Assembly (NCBI GenBank): GCA_003514005.1
Contig: DOSJ01000010.1
Location: forward strand, 39,425-103,424
DNA from: Candidatus Falkowbacteria bacterium
GTDB lineage: Bacteria; Patescibacteriota; Patescibacteriia; Patescibacteriales; UBA12075
Direction: 5' to 3'
Length of the DNA: 64,000 nt
Shown: in pieces, positions 63,981 through 64,000 of the stretch
How the letters are laid out: each line of letters starts with the position of its first letter
How positions within the stretch are numbered: the stretch's first letter is position 1
Made by a program: the position numbers and the translations under genes
The notes under the pieces: model-generated
What the model was told of the DNA's origin: nothing
What the model saw: the letters and a program-made list of their open reading frames with translations, nothing else
The model's database searches: none

Positions 63981-64000
63981 TGCCCTCGAGAGGAATTGAA
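63981..64000 (-). tRNA. 3' end of a tRNA gene truncated by the window edge
   Basis: The minus strand reads TTCAATTCCTCTCGAGGGCA: T-loop, 3' T-stem, acceptor 3' strand and discriminator. The anticodon is not visible. Confidence 0.4.

Noticed and set aside
62713-64000. A prophage or integrative island next to tRNA-Ala
   Set aside because: No integrase, phage or transposase gene is present, and the att-like repeats are only 180 bp apart. At most this is a scar, and it is reported as a low-interest finding.

Overview
AT-rich bacterial window that looks like a reduced-genome Candidate Phyla Radiation (Patescibacteria/Parcubacteria-like) organism. That placement is an inference from the 16S sequence and gene content. 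Standard code 11 fits: the ORFs are long and uninterrupted.

Ordinary content:
- A stand-alone 16S rRNA gene with no 23S or 5S after it, followed by a five-tRNA cluster (Ile, initiator Met, Phe, Pro, Gly).
- Two further complete tRNAs (Cys, Ala) and one truncated at the right edge.
- Translation, replication and repair genes: infB-rbfA-nrnA-like, clpP, folD, glyA, rnj, secG, rplT-rpmI-infC, truB, trmH-like, rpsF-ssb-rpsR, efp, recA, comM/yifB-like, yraN-like, trxB.
- Sugar and glycosylation genes: a GH1 beta-glucosidase, a phosphohexomutase, a double GT4, and a GT-C-like/methyltransferase/GT2/epimerase cluster.

Accessory content worth attention:
1. Eight tandem paralogues, plus a ninth elsewhere, of a small VirB2/TrbC-like pilin-type membrane protein. 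No secretion machinery is in view.
2. Two ~930-aa secreted proteins with calcium-binding TSP3-like repeats flanking an orphan histidine kinase. One carries an 11-unit cysteine-pair repeat.
3. A ~1550-aa fusion of two HgdC/BcrAD-type activase ATPase domains with a dehydratase-like region.
4. An Elp3-like radical-SAM/GNAT enzyme carrying an in-frame 84-bp insertion of a miniature inverted-repeat element (8 copies in the window) and a 7-nt tandem array.
5. A 188-bp palindromic element present three times, with conserved ends and a variable centre.
6. A 25-nt motif (WTAAGTCYA-N3-AAAC-STRGAC-TTA) present six times in three gene-free regions. One region also holds two perfect DnaA boxes.

All calls come from reading the sequence and the ORF track. 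No searches were run.
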